Below, piece by piece: positions 19,130-27,826 of a stretch of 42,721 nt of DNA (the stretch's first letter is position 1; each line of letters opens with the position of its first letter). This DNA comes from Actinomycetota bacterium. Lineage in GTDB: Bacteria; Actinomycetota; Actinomycetes; JAKEEW01. The notes under the pieces were generated by a model. That model was not told where the DNA came from. It worked only from the letters and a program-made list of their open reading frames with translations, and did not search any database. The DNA is taken from the NCBI GenBank assembly GCA_046725875.1, contig JBKOZJ010000013.1:1-42721 (forward strand), read 5' to 3'. Position numbers and translations under genes: made by a program.

Positions 19130-20299
19130 TCACCGCGCCGCCGGGCGGGCCAGCGGCAGCCGATCGTAGACCCCGCGGTGTTGCTCGGCGCACGCCGACC
19201 AGCGAAAGCGCCGAGCCACCGCCGGTCCGGCGGCCGATAGGCGCGCGGCCAGCGGGGGGTCGGTGAGGATTGCCCGCAGCGCGTCGGCCAGCGCCCGGGG
19301 GCTGGCCGCCGGCGTCATCAGGACACCTTCGCCGTGCGTAAGGTACTCCCGGAAGACCGGAATGTCCGTCACGACGGTCGGCAGGGCGGCTGCGAGAGCT
19401 TCGAGGACGACCAGGCCCCAGCCCTCGCTGACCGACGGGAACGCGAGCACGTCGGCCGCGTGGTACCACGCAGGCAGCTCCGCATCGATGACAGTTCCAA
19501 CCTGAACGATGTCCTGGTCGAGCGCGAGGCCGAGACCCGCCGCACGGGACAGCGCCCGGTCGCGGTACGCCTGGTGATCCTGGAACGAGTGCCCGCCGAT
19601 GACGGCGAGCACCGGTCCGGGGTTGATCTCATGGCGCAGCGAGGCGAGCGCCTCGAACAGCTCGATGCTTCCTTTGCGCGGCTCGATCCCGCCCACGGCG
19701 AGCACCAGCGGGCGGTTCGCGGCGCCGACGCTTGTCCGTAGTCTCGCAACGACTCCCGGCCCCGGCGGCTGCCCGAACCGATCCGCATCCACCCCGTTGT
19801 GCACGACGGACGCCGTCACGCCGTAGTCGCGGGCGAGGATTTGCTGCCAGTAGCGGCTGACCACCAGCACCTCGTCCGGCTCCAGGATCGCCTGCCGCTG
19901 GCAGGTGACGAGTGCCTGAGTGGTGAAGTCGTCGACGTGGTGCACGGTGCGTACGACAGTCACCGGCACACCCTCGTCCCTGACTCGTGCCGCCGCCCGG
20001 GCGGAGATGCAGTCCTGGGTGTGCAGGATGTCGTACGAGGCCGCCATCTCGCGCAACGCGTCGGCCAGGGTGTCGACGGCGGCGAAAACGCGTCCCTCGA
20101 GCGTTGGCAGCCAGGGCGGCGCCGGCACGATCGTGGAAGGCGTGGCCACCTCGGTGAACCAGCCCGCTTCCGGGTCCCCGAGCGCCACGATCTCGACGCG
20201 CTGGCCAAGCCGATGGAGGGCGTCGGCGAGTCGGAGCGTGTGCACGACCCCGCCACGCGGGCGGGTCGAATAGCTGACCAGGGCGATCCGCTCGGTCAT
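19130..20299 (-). CDS. MSMEG_0565-family GT4 glycosyltransferase
   Basis: YSTRPRGGVVHTL, HTQDCISA, RTVHHVDDFT, GGIEPRKGS and FPSVSEGWGLVVLEA. Confidence 0.9.
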   Translation of the reverse strand: MTERIALVSYSTRPRGGVVHTLRLADALHRLGQRVEIVALGDPEAGWFTEVATPSTIVPAPPWLPTLEGRVFAAVDTLADALREMAASYDILHTQDCISARAAARVRDEGVPVTVVRTVHHVDDFTTQALVTCQRQAILEPDEVLVVSRYWQQILARDYGVTASVVHNGVDADRFGQPPGPGVVARLRTSVGAANRPLVLAVGGIEPRKGSIELFEALASLRHEINPGPVLAVIGGHSFQDHQAYRDRALSRAAGLGLALDQDIVQVGTVIDAELPAWYHAADVLAFPSVSEGWGLVVLEALAAALPTVVTDIPVFREYLTHGEGVLMTPAASPRALADALRAILTDPPLAARLSAAGPAVARRFRWSACAEQHRGVYDRLPLARPAAR

Positions 20300-21810
20300 G
20301 GAATCTCCTCGACCAGGGATGCGTCCCGCGTCGCCACGGCCGCCGCGAGCAGTGCCGCCTGCGTCCCGCTCGGCGCGACGAGACATCCCGCATCGGCCAG
20401 GGTGCGCTGCTGTTCCTCGAGCCCCTGTGGATCGGTACCTGTGCCGAGAACATGGACAACGATGATTGGCCCGGTCATGGACTTGATCACCGGAGCCAGC
20501 ACGCTCGCCGGGTCCGGGTGCGCCCCGTGGCCGAGTACGACGTCGAACAGCAGCACTGCCGTCGTCGGATCATTACCCGCCTCCCGCAGCAAATCCACGC
20601 GGGCCTCCGCGTCGATCATCGGATGCGGCCGGGAGGTGGTGAACTCCTCCTCGCCCGCGTCGATACACGCGTGTCCGCCCGGTGGTGCGGGTAGCCGCCA
20701 GCTGGGCTGCAGCGGGGTGTTCGAGTAGACCGGACCAAGCCGCTGGGACAGCACGAGCATCGCCTGGTAGCAGAGGGTGCCACCGGAGAAAACGCCGCGA
20801 ACTCCCGTGCGCCCGGAGTCCAACTGCTCGATCGCAGTTGCAGCCATAGGGCGCAGGTCGCCGCCGAACCTCACCGGCGAAAGCCCCAGCTCGGCCAACG
20901 CGGCCTGAACCCCCTCGTCGAGGGTGCGCACCAGCCGGACCTTCGCCGGCGTCGGTGCCTCGTCCACGCCAAGCGCGACGATCACAAGCGGCTTTCCCTC
21001 CGCCGCCGGCAGGACGCCGGCCAGCACTTCCGGGTCGGGTGGCTTCGACACCAGGAGGAGAAGGTCGACATTGGCATCGGCCGCAAGCAGTCGCAGCGCC
21101 GACCGGGTCATCCGGCCGCCCACCGCGCGGGACAAGTCGCGCCCGCCCACTCCGACCACTGCTGCGACCCCGGAGCCGCTGGCTGCGAGCAGCGCGAGCA
21201 CCTCTTGTGCTCCGGTGCCGGCGGCGGCGACGACGCCGACTCGCCCCGCCCGAACGGCATTCGCGAAGCCAAGTCCCACTCCGCCGAGGACCGCCGTTCC
21301 CGCGCCCGGACCCATGACAAGCAGACCAAGGGAGTCCGCGCGAGCCTTCAAGGCGACCTCGTCCTCGACCGACACCCCGTCGCTGAACAGCAGCACGTGT
21401 AGCCCGGCGGACAGCGCCCGGTGAGCGGCGAGCGCTGCATAAGGGCCGGGAACCGAGACGACGGCAACATTGGCGCCGGGTAGGTCGGCCACCGCCGAAG
21501 CGATGGTCGACGGCCGAGGCGCGGTCCCAGCCGCATCGACGGCTTGCGAGCCGCTGAGAATGGCCTCGGCGGCGTCAAGGGCACGCTCGGCGGCGTCTGC
21601 CGAGCTGGCTCGCGCAATGAGCAGCAGGTCGTTGGCTCGCGCGTCCGGCGCGGCCACTCCCTCGTCGGCGAGCAAGCCGAGGTTCTGCGGTGTCCCCATG
21701 AGCGCGACCCCCCAGGTAACCCCTGGGCTGGCGGCCAGCGCGCGGGTAGCGGCCATCAGCCGCATCGAGTCGTGGTACGCGTCGGCATGCCGGCGCACCG
21801 CGGTCGTCAA
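20296..21810 (-). CDS. fdrA: FdrA/AllF (succinyl-CoA synthetase-like) protein
   Basis: YHDSMRLM, SVPGPYA, LLFSDGV, VMGPGAGT, GVGGRDLS, GGTLCYQ, RPHPMID and DVVLGHGAHPDP. Confidence 0.88.
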   Translation of the reverse strand: MTTAVRRHADAYHDSMRLMAATRALAASPGVTWGVALMGTPQNLGLLADEGVAAPDARANDLLLIARASSADAAERALDAAEAILSGSQAVDAAGTAPRPSTIASAVADLPGANVAVVSVPGPYAALAAHRALSAGLHVLLFSDGVSVEDEVALKARADSLGLLVMGPGAGTAVLGGVGLGFANAVRAGRVGVVAAAGTGAQEVLALLAASGSGVAAVVGVGGRDLSRAVGGRMTRSALRLLAADANVDLLLLVSKPPDPEVLAGVLPAAEGKPLVIVALGVDEAPTPAKVRLVRTLDEGVQAALAELGLSPVRFGGDLRPMAATAIEQLDSGRTGVRGVFSGGTLCYQAMLVLSQRLGPVYSNTPLQPSWRLPAPPGGHACIDAGEEEFTTSRPHPMIDAEARVDLLREAGNDPTTAVLLFDVVLGHGAHPDPASVLAPVIKSMTGPIIVVHVLGTGTDPQGLEEQQRTLADAGCLVAPSGTQAALLAAAVATRDASLVEEIP

Positions 21811-22751
21811 CGCAACCTCGTTCGGACCGGACTTCCGCTCACCAACCGGGTTCCGTGCCGGCCGGCGAGCCCGGCGGCGACGTGATCGGCGTTGGTGATG
21901 AGAGCGAGCTCGCCGCCAGCGGCGAGGAACTGGATGGCGGCGGTGACCTTGGGTCCCATGCTGCCGGCGGCAAACTGTCCGGCAGCCAAGTGGCCTTGCG
22001 CCTCTACTATCGTCAGCTCGTCGACCGGCCGCGCTTGAGGGGTGCCGTAGTCGAGCGAGATCGCGGGTACGTCGGTGACGAGCACGAGGGTGGCGGCCTC
22101 GAGGGCGGTGGCGAGCATGGCGGCCGCCAAGTCCTTGTCGATGACGCCGTCGACCGGCGTGAGCCGGCCGTCTCGCGCCACCACCGGGACGCCGCCCCCG
22201 CCACCGGCAATGACCACGGCACCGGCCGCGGCGAGGCGCTCGATGGGCGCCGCCTCTACCACCGCGCGCGGGCGGGGCGAGGGCACGACGCGGCGCCAGC
22301 CCCGGCCGGCGTCGTCGGCAATGTTCCAGCCGTGCTTCGCGGCGAGTGTGCGCGCCGTTTCCTCGTCCAAGAACGGGCCGACCGGTTTGGTCGGCCGACC
22401 GAATGCCGGATCGTCTGGCTCGACGACGACATGGGTGATGACGGACGCAACGCTGGTGACTCCACGGGCATTCAGCGCGAGCGCGAGGAGACTCCCCAAC
22501 TGGCCTTGCGTCATCGCGACGAGCGTCGGCAACGGCTGCGCCGGCACGACCGCCGATCCCAACTCCTGCTGGAGTGCGATGTTGCCGACCTGCGGTCCGT
22601 TGCCGTGGGTGACGACGATCCTCTTTTCATGCCGCCACACCGCCGCGACCGCATGGGCGATCCGATCGGCGTTGGCCTGTTGTTCCTGGGCGGTGCCACG
22701 CTCACCCGCACGGATCAGCGCATTGCCACCCAGGGCCATGACGATGGTCAT
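21807..22751 (-). CDS. arcC: Carbamate kinase
   Basis: ALGGNAL, THGNGPQVG, PTKPVGPF, RRVVPSP, GGGGVPV, VIDKD and GSMGPKV. Confidence 0.93.
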   Translation of the reverse strand: MTIVMALGGNALIRAGERGTAQEQQANADRIAHAVAAVWRHEKRIVVTHGNGPQVGNIALQQELGSAVVPAQPLPTLVAMTQGQLGSLLALALNARGVTSVASVITHVVVEPDDPAFGRPTKPVGPFLDEETARTLAAKHGWNIADDAGRGWRRVVPSPRPRAVVEAAPIERLAAAGAVVIAGGGGGVPVVARDGRLTPVDGVIDKDLAAAMLATALEAATLVLVTDVPAISLDYGTPQARPVDELTIVEAQGHLAAGQFAAGSMGPKVTAAIQFLAAGGELALITNADHVAAGLAGRHGTRLVSGSPVRTRLR

Positions 22752-22757
22752 GCCGCT

Positions 22758-22777
22758 CCATTACCGATAGCGGACGG
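22758..22777. promoter_or_regulatory. Degenerate copy of the XRE operator candidate
   Basis: CCATTACCGATAGCGGACGG matches the central 20 bp of the 16885 palindrome (reverse strand) at 15/20. It lies 7 nt from the carbamate kinase start. Confidence 0.5.
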
Positions 22778-22873
22778 CACGTAGAGGATAGTGTACGGTA
22801 CCGAAGTGGGCAATCGCGCGATGCAGCGCTGCCGGGCTGGACGCGGCTGGGTGCTGCGGTCCACGATGCGATC

Positions 22874-23554
22874 GTGAGCTCCGGCATCGATGAGCCGGTC
22901 GGCCCCGACCAGCCGGTCGAGCTCGAAGAGCTGGCTCGCCGTTGGCAGGCGGCCGAGGACAAGCTGTACCCGGTCGTGCTGGTACGCCCCGACGTGTATG
23001 CCGCCGCCGTGACCTTGGTCCGCGCCGTCGCCGACCGGCTGGCCGATATCGGGAGCGTGGCGGAGCTTGCCGCGGCGTTCAGCTCGTCCGCGCAGCTGGT
23101 GGCGGACGTCGTACGCGACACCGGGGTTAATACCGAAGGCGTCGATCTCGGGCTGATCGCGGGCGCGGCATTCAGCATCCGCCACCGCGAGCTGCGCACA
23201 GCCGCCCAGCGTGAGCAGGCCAAGCAGCGCATTCGCGAGGCGGCCGCAGCCGGCCGGGACTGGGTGGTCCTGTTCGAGACGGGCCGCCTCGATCTAGCTC
23301 CGCTCGCTCCATACCGGCGACTGGAGATGCGCCGTAGCGACGGTCTGGGACTGCACGTCTCGGTCAGCCTGGATCCGTCAACCGGCGGTCCGTCGTTCGC
23401 GGTGGAGGCTGTGCAGCTCGATCCCATGACCGGCGACTGGGTTCATGAGGCGGAGCCGTCAACAGCTTCGAAGACGTACTCAACGCTGGACGAGTGGCAG
23501 CGCGCGATTGCGACCCTGCACCGCACCGGCGAGCTCCCTTCGCCCTTCTCTTGA
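22874..23554 (+). CDS. Hypothetical protein
   Basis: 226-aa ORF with GC3-rich codon usage filling the gap between arcC and the amidohydrolase. No family recognised. Confidence 0.75.
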   Translation: MSSGIDEPVGPDQPVELEELARRWQAAEDKLYPVVLVRPDVYAAAVTLVRAVADRLADIGSVAELAAAFSSSAQLVADVVRDTGVNTEGVDLGLIAGAAFSIRHRELRTAAQREQAKQRIREAAAAGRDWVVLFETGRLDLAPLAPYRRLEMRRSDGLGLHVSVSLDPSTGGPSFAVEAVQLDPMTGDWVHEAEPSTASKTYSTLDEWQRAIATLHRTGELPSPFS

Positions 23555-23628
23555 CACGGTTACGCGTGAGGTGCGAGCTTTTACTATGGTGAAGGCTCAT
23601 TCGCCAAAGTGTTTGGGGTGGTGACGGC

Positions 23629-24492
23629 ATGCCCACGGACAAACTGTGGCGACGGGTCATCGACGGTCACAGTCACATCGGCGAGATGCAGGCGTGGAAG
23701 TTTTACGACCTGGCCGAGCCGGTGAAGCCGACGGTCTACGAGTTCGGGTCGACCACTGCCTACGTCGACCACATGGACCGGCTTGGCGTGGAGCGAGGAC
23801 TGGTCATCCCCAACTACGGCATCCCGGTACAGAGCCAGCCGTTCGAGCTCAACCAGCTTGTACTCGACTCGGTGACATCCAGCGATCGCCTGGCCGGCGC
23901 GCTCTGGGTGTCCTTCCTTCCGCAGAACCGCGAGTTGACCCTCGAGGCGCTCAAGCACGCCGGCGAGCGTCGCATCGTCGCGTTGAAGACGACCTTCCTG
24001 CTCGGCGGGACGCCCGACCCGGGCGGCTGGGACGAGGCGACGACCGAGGTTGCCGAGGCCTGCTTCGCCGCGGCCGAATCGCACGACCTTGTCTTTCACT
24101 TCCACACCAGCCCTGGCGGCGCATCCGACCTCAACAACTTCATCCCGCTCATCGAGCGCTATGGCAAGCGAGTCAAGATCTACTTGGTCCACTTCGGCGG
24201 CGGCGTGAGCGGCCACATCAGGCTGGTACCGAAGTTCCTCGACTGGGTCGAGCAGGGCTACAAGGTCTACACCGACACGACCTGGGCAGTGGGATTCGGC
24301 CCACGCTGGTTGCTCACCGAGATCGAACGCCGCGGCGTGGGCGGCGACCGCGTCCTTTTTGCCTCGGATGAGCCGTGGAGCGACTTCTGGGGCGAGTTCT
24401 ACAAGATCGAGGACACGCCGGTGAGCGAGGAGCTCAAGGATCGCGTGTTCCATGCCAACTTCGAGGCGCTTTATGGACACCGGCTCGGCTGA
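23629..24492 (+). CDS. Amidohydrolase superfamily (Amidohydro_2) metal-dependent hydrolase
   Basis: IDGHSH (HxH), HFHT, LVHFGGG, YTDTTW and RVLFASDEPW. Confidence 0.88.
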   Translation: MPTDKLWRRVIDGHSHIGEMQAWKFYDLAEPVKPTVYEFGSTTAYVDHMDRLGVERGLVIPNYGIPVQSQPFELNQLVLDSVTSSDRLAGALWVSFLPQNRELTLEALKHAGERRIVALKTTFLLGGTPDPGGWDEATTEVAEACFAAAESHDLVFHFHTSPGGASDLNNFIPLIERYGKRVKIYLVHFGGGVSGHIRLVPKFLDWVEQGYKVYTDTTWAVGFGPRWLLTEIERRGVGGDRVLFASDEPWSDFWGEFYKIEDTPVSEELKDRVFHANFEALYGHRLG

Positions 24493-25627
24493 GGCATCGC
24501 CGCTTACGCCGCAGTTGGCCGGTCTGCTGGCGGATCTGCAGAGCCTCGGCCTGCGGGTGGAGGAACCGCTGGAGTCCCGCCGTGGCGGCGCCGGGCCAGC
24601 CGACGCCGGGATGCTGTGGGTTGAGGGGGTCGCGGTGACCGTGCCGGTTGCCGCCCCGTTCGCCGCGAGCTCACCGTACGTGCTGCGCGCCGAGGACGAC
24701 GATGCGTACGGCATCTACCGCGACGGGGACCGCGTCGCATCAGCCCGCCGGACAACGCGGCCGCGGTATTACGACCTCACCACCGCGGACGGCATTCCCT
24801 ACTGGCAGATCGCGCTGCTGCACCTAGATTCGGTGGCGAGCACGGTCATCCAGACCTGCATGTATTGGGGCACCGACGATGTGTGCCGGTTCTGCGGGAT
24901 CGAGTTGACGCTACAGGCCGGCCGGACGATACCGGTGAAACGACCCGAGCACCTCGCGGAGGTCGCCGTTGCCGCCCGTGATCTCGACGGTGCCGTCGAT
25001 GCGACCCTCACGACCGGCACCACCCATGGGCACGACAAGGGCGCGCTCTATATCGCACGCTGCGCGAAGGCGATCAAAGACGCGAGCGGGCTTCCGGTCG
25101 AGGTCCAGTTCGAACCTCCGGACGAGCTGACCGTCCTCGACGCGGTGCGGGAGATGGGTGCCGACTCGGTCGGCATGCATATCGAGTCGTTCGATCCCGT
25201 GGTCCTCGCCCGCGTGGCGCCGGCGAAGGCGCGTACCGGGATCGACGGATACGTCCGCGCCTGGGAGCGGGCAGTCGACGTGTTCGGCCGGGGTCAGGTG
25301 TCGACCTACGTGATTCTCGGCATGGGAGAGGACATCGACCTCACCCTCGCGGGCTGCCGGCTCGCGATCGATATCGGCGTCTACCCCTTCGTGGTGCCGC
25401 TGCGTCCGGTGCCGGGCACGCCGATGGGTGACGTGCTGCCGCCGAGCTCCGACTACATGGAGGCGGTCTACCGCCGGGTCGTGCCCTATCTCGTCGAGCG
25501 CGGCCTCGGCTCTTGGAATGTTCGCGCCGGGTGCGCCCGCTGTCAGGCATGCTCGGCCATGACTGCGTTGGAGCGATCCCTTGGCAACGGCGAGCGTCGA
25601 AGCCTCCCCCTCGTCGACATCCGTTGA
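24473..25627 (+). CDS. MSMEG_0568-family (NitD-like) radical SAM protein
   Basis: SRRGGAGPADA, YYDLTTADGIPYWQIALLH, QTC-x8-CRFC cluster motif, STYVILGMGE, GVYPFVVPLRP and terminal CARCQACS. Confidence 0.92.
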   Translation: MDTGSAEASPLTPQLAGLLADLQSLGLRVEEPLESRRGGAGPADAGMLWVEGVAVTVPVAAPFAASSPYVLRAEDDDAYGIYRDGDRVASARRTTRPRYYDLTTADGIPYWQIALLHLDSVASTVIQTCMYWGTDDVCRFCGIELTLQAGRTIPVKRPEHLAEVAVAARDLDGAVDATLTTGTTHGHDKGALYIARCAKAIKDASGLPVEVQFEPPDELTVLDAVREMGADSVGMHIESFDPVVLARVAPAKARTGIDGYVRAWERAVDVFGRGQVSTYVILGMGEDIDLTLAGCRLAIDIGVYPFVVPLRPVPGTPMGDVLPPSSDYMEAVYRRVVPYLVERGLGSWNVRAGCARCQACSAMTALERSLGNGERRSLPLVDIR

Positions 25628-26069
25628 CCTGCTGTGCAGGGTCGTCGCCGGCCCGGCCGAGGCCGCGACCCACCATGCGATCCGGCGTCAGGTCTTCGTC
25701 GTGGAGCAGCACCTTTTCGAGGGTGACGACCGGGACGAGCACGACGAGGATCCCGCCACGCTGCACGTGATCGGCCTGGTAGGCGGTGTTCCTGGCGGCA
25801 CCGTGCGGCTGTATCCGCTCGAGGAGCGAGGGCTGTGGAAGGGCGACCGCCTGGCGGTTCTGCCGGAGTTCCGCCGGCACGGCCTCGGCGCCCCGTTGGT
25901 CCAGTATGCCGTGCGAACCGCCGGCCAACGGGGTGGCGACCAAATGATCGCCTACATCCAGCTGCCCAACGTTCGTTTCTTCAGGGCGCTCGGCTGGCAG
26001 CCGGTCGGGGAGCCGGCACCCTACGTGGGAGTCATCCACCAGCAGATGGCGATCCCGCTAGGCCGGTGA
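25581..26069 (+). CDS. GNAT N-acetyltransferase, MSMEG_0567 N-terminal/Sll0786 (NitE-like) family
   Basis: IRRQVFVVEQHLF..DRDEHD, GTVRLY, WKGDRLAV...RRHGLG and IQLPNVRFFRALGW. Confidence 0.88.
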   Translation: MATASVEASPSSTSVDLLCRVVAGPAEAATHHAIRRQVFVVEQHLFEGDDRDEHDEDPATLHVIGLVGGVPGGTVRLYPLEERGLWKGDRLAVLPEFRRHGLGAPLVQYAVRTAGQRGGDQMIAYIQLPNVRFFRALGWQPVGEPAPYVGVIHQQMAIPLGR

Positions 26070-27003
26070 CCGGCTCGTTGGGGAGATCGAGCACGGTGGC
26101 CGAGTCGGCCCCGCGGGACAGGCGTACGAGGCCAGTGCCGTCGAGCGTCGCAATCCGCGTGCACGCCAGCCCGCGGGCGTGGAACCGTGCCGCGCAGGCG
26201 GCGGCTCGCCCCGGCGGAGCACACAGCAGGAAGGCGAACGCGGGAAAGCACACGAGCCACTGTCCGAGGTCGACTCCGGCGGGGCATTGCAGTGCGTCCA
26301 GGTCGACCGTGACCCCTGCCCCGCGCCACTCGAGGAGCATGCCGAGCGAACCCACCAGCCCGGCCATGCTCACGTCCTTGGCCGCGACGACCTCGCCGGC
26401 CTCGGCGCTGGCGGCAAGTATTCGGACATCACCAGCCAGCCGATCGCCGCGCGCCTCCACCGAGGTGAAGAACGGGAATTCCGCGTGCATCGTGCCATCG
26501 AGACAGCAGGCGAGCAGCAGGTCGAGCCCCGGCTCGACATTCCGGGCCGACAGCACGGCGGCGGCCTCGCCGACGCCGAATGCGGAGACGGCTGGAGGGC
26601 CATCGCGTACGGTCAGATGCCCGCCGGCGACGCGCACGTCGTAGAGGCGAGCGGCGTAGGCAATTCCGCCAAGGACCTCTCGCGCAACGCGTGAATCGGC
26701 GATGACGGTGTCGAGGATCGCCTTGGGGCGAGCACCCATCGCCGCCAGGTCGTTGACATTGGTGAGGACCGCGGCGACGCCGGCTCCGAATGGATCGGCA
26801 GCCACGAGGGGCGGCCACAGCGCCTCCCCGCCAGCGAGGATGGTGCGGCGCCCGCACTCGGCGACGGCCGCCGCGTCGTCGCCCGGTCCGGCCAGCCAGT
26901 CGGTCGGCCCGAGGACCTCACGCACCAGGCCGATCGCCGCCTTGCCACGAAGGCCGGGGTGTGCCCGAACCACGGCTGCGAGCTCGGTCGGCGAGACCGT
27001 CAC
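26032..27003 (-). CDS. AIR synthase-related protein, Sll0787 (NitF-like) family
   Basis: GPGDDAAAV, DPFGAGVAAVLTNVNDLAAMGARP, AGGH and AAKDVSMAGLVGSLGMLLE. Confidence 0.88.
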   Translation of the reverse strand: MTVSPTELAAVVRAHPGLRGKAAIGLVREVLGPTDWLAGPGDDAAAVAECGRRTILAGGEALWPPLVAADPFGAGVAAVLTNVNDLAAMGARPKAILDTVIADSRVAREVLGGIAYAARLYDVRVAGGHLTVRDGPPAVSAFGVGEAAAVLSARNVEPGLDLLLACCLDGTMHAEFPFFTSVEARGDRLAGDVRILAASAEAGEVVAAKDVSMAGLVGSLGMLLEWRGAGVTVDLDALQCPAGVDLGQWLVCFPAFAFLLCAPPGRAAACAARFHARGLACTRIATLDGTGLVRLSRGADSATVLDLPNEPVTGLAGSPSAGG

Positions 27004-27022
27004 GTTGCACCAAAATAGACGC

Positions 27023-27042
27023 GCATTTACGATCGGAAAAGT
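27023..27042. promoter_or_regulatory. Degenerate copy of the XRE operator candidate
   Basis: Core TTTACGATCGGAAA, 13/14 to the palindrome TTTCCGATCGGAAA, in the 37-bp divergent gap between the AIRS-like gene and comA. Confidence 0.6.
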
Positions 27043-27826
27043 GCCGCCGGCCGACTTCCTCGACCTACCAGCCCGCAGCCGCAAGCCACGGACGGTCGGG
27101 TTGACCCATGTACTGGACAAGGGCCTGCCGATCGAGCATGTCCGCGCCTTGCTCCGCCAGTGTGCTTCATATGTCGACATCTGGAAGTTCGGCTGGGGCG
27201 TCGCATACATCGAGGATGCGGTAGCGGAGAAGGTTGCGTTGCTGCGCGAGTGGCAGGTGCTGGCCTGCCCGGGCGGGACACTGCTCGAGCTCGCCTGGGC
27301 GCAGGGGCGCTCCGCAGACTTCCTGGCGTGGGCGGCAGCGTGCGGGTTTCCGTGCGTGGAAGTGTCGAACGGCACAGTCGGAATGCCGGCGGCCGCAAAG
27401 CGCGCGCTCGTCGAGGCGGCTGCCGGCCGTTTCAGGGTGCTTAGCGAGGTGGGCTCGAAAGATCCGAACGTCCCGGTGTCGACTAGCCAGTGGTCGGAGC
27501 AGGCCAGGGCCGACGTGTCGGTCGGAGCGGAGTGGGTGATCACCGAAGGGCGGGAGAGCGGAAGCGTCGGTCTGTATGAGTCCAACGGGCAGGTTCGCGG
27601 CGAGCTCGTGTTCGCGCTGATCGACGCGGTCGGCGCGGAGCGGCTGATCTTCGAGGCGCCGCGCCGGGAGCAGCAGGTGTGGCTCCTCCGCAGCCTCGGG
27701 CACGAGGTGAGCTTGGGCAACATCGCGCCGGCCGAGGTGGTCGGCGTCGAGACGCTACGGCTCGGGCTGCGTGCGGACACCTTCTCGCCCGTCGCCGGTC
27801 GAGCTGCGGAGGGGCGATCGGGGTGA
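27041..27826 (+). CDS. comA: Phosphosulfolactate synthase (ComA/XcbB-like)
   Basis: R..KPRTVGLTHVLDKG, DIWKFGWG, PGGTLLE, VEVSNG, SEVGSKD, ITEGRESG, IFEAP, LGNIAP and ETLRLGLRADT. Confidence 0.93.
   Translation: MPPADFLDLPARSRKPRTVGLTHVLDKGLPIEHVRALLRQCASYVDIWKFGWGVAYIEDAVAEKVALLREWQVLACPGGTLLELAWAQGRSADFLAWAAACGFPCVEVSNGTVGMPAAAKRALVEAAAGRFRVLSEVGSKDPNVPVSTSQWSEQARADVSVGAEWVITEGRESGSVGLYESNGQVRGELVFALIDAVGAERLIFEAPRREQQVWLLRSLGHEVSLGNIAPAEVVGVETLRLGLRADTFSPVAGRAAEGRSG

Noticed and set aside
21807..22751. Arginine deiminase pathway
   Set aside because: No arcA, arcB or arcD in the window. The kinase is coupled to fdrA.
23551..23587. Sigma70 promoter TTGACA...TACTAT before the amidohydrolase
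   Set aside because: The spacer is 25 nt, too long for these two hexamers to pair.
26032..27003. Selenophosphate synthetase or a selenoprotein system
   Set aside because: No SelD-type N-terminal Cys/Sec-x-x-Lys motif seen, and no cluster gene shows an evident in-frame UGA read-through.
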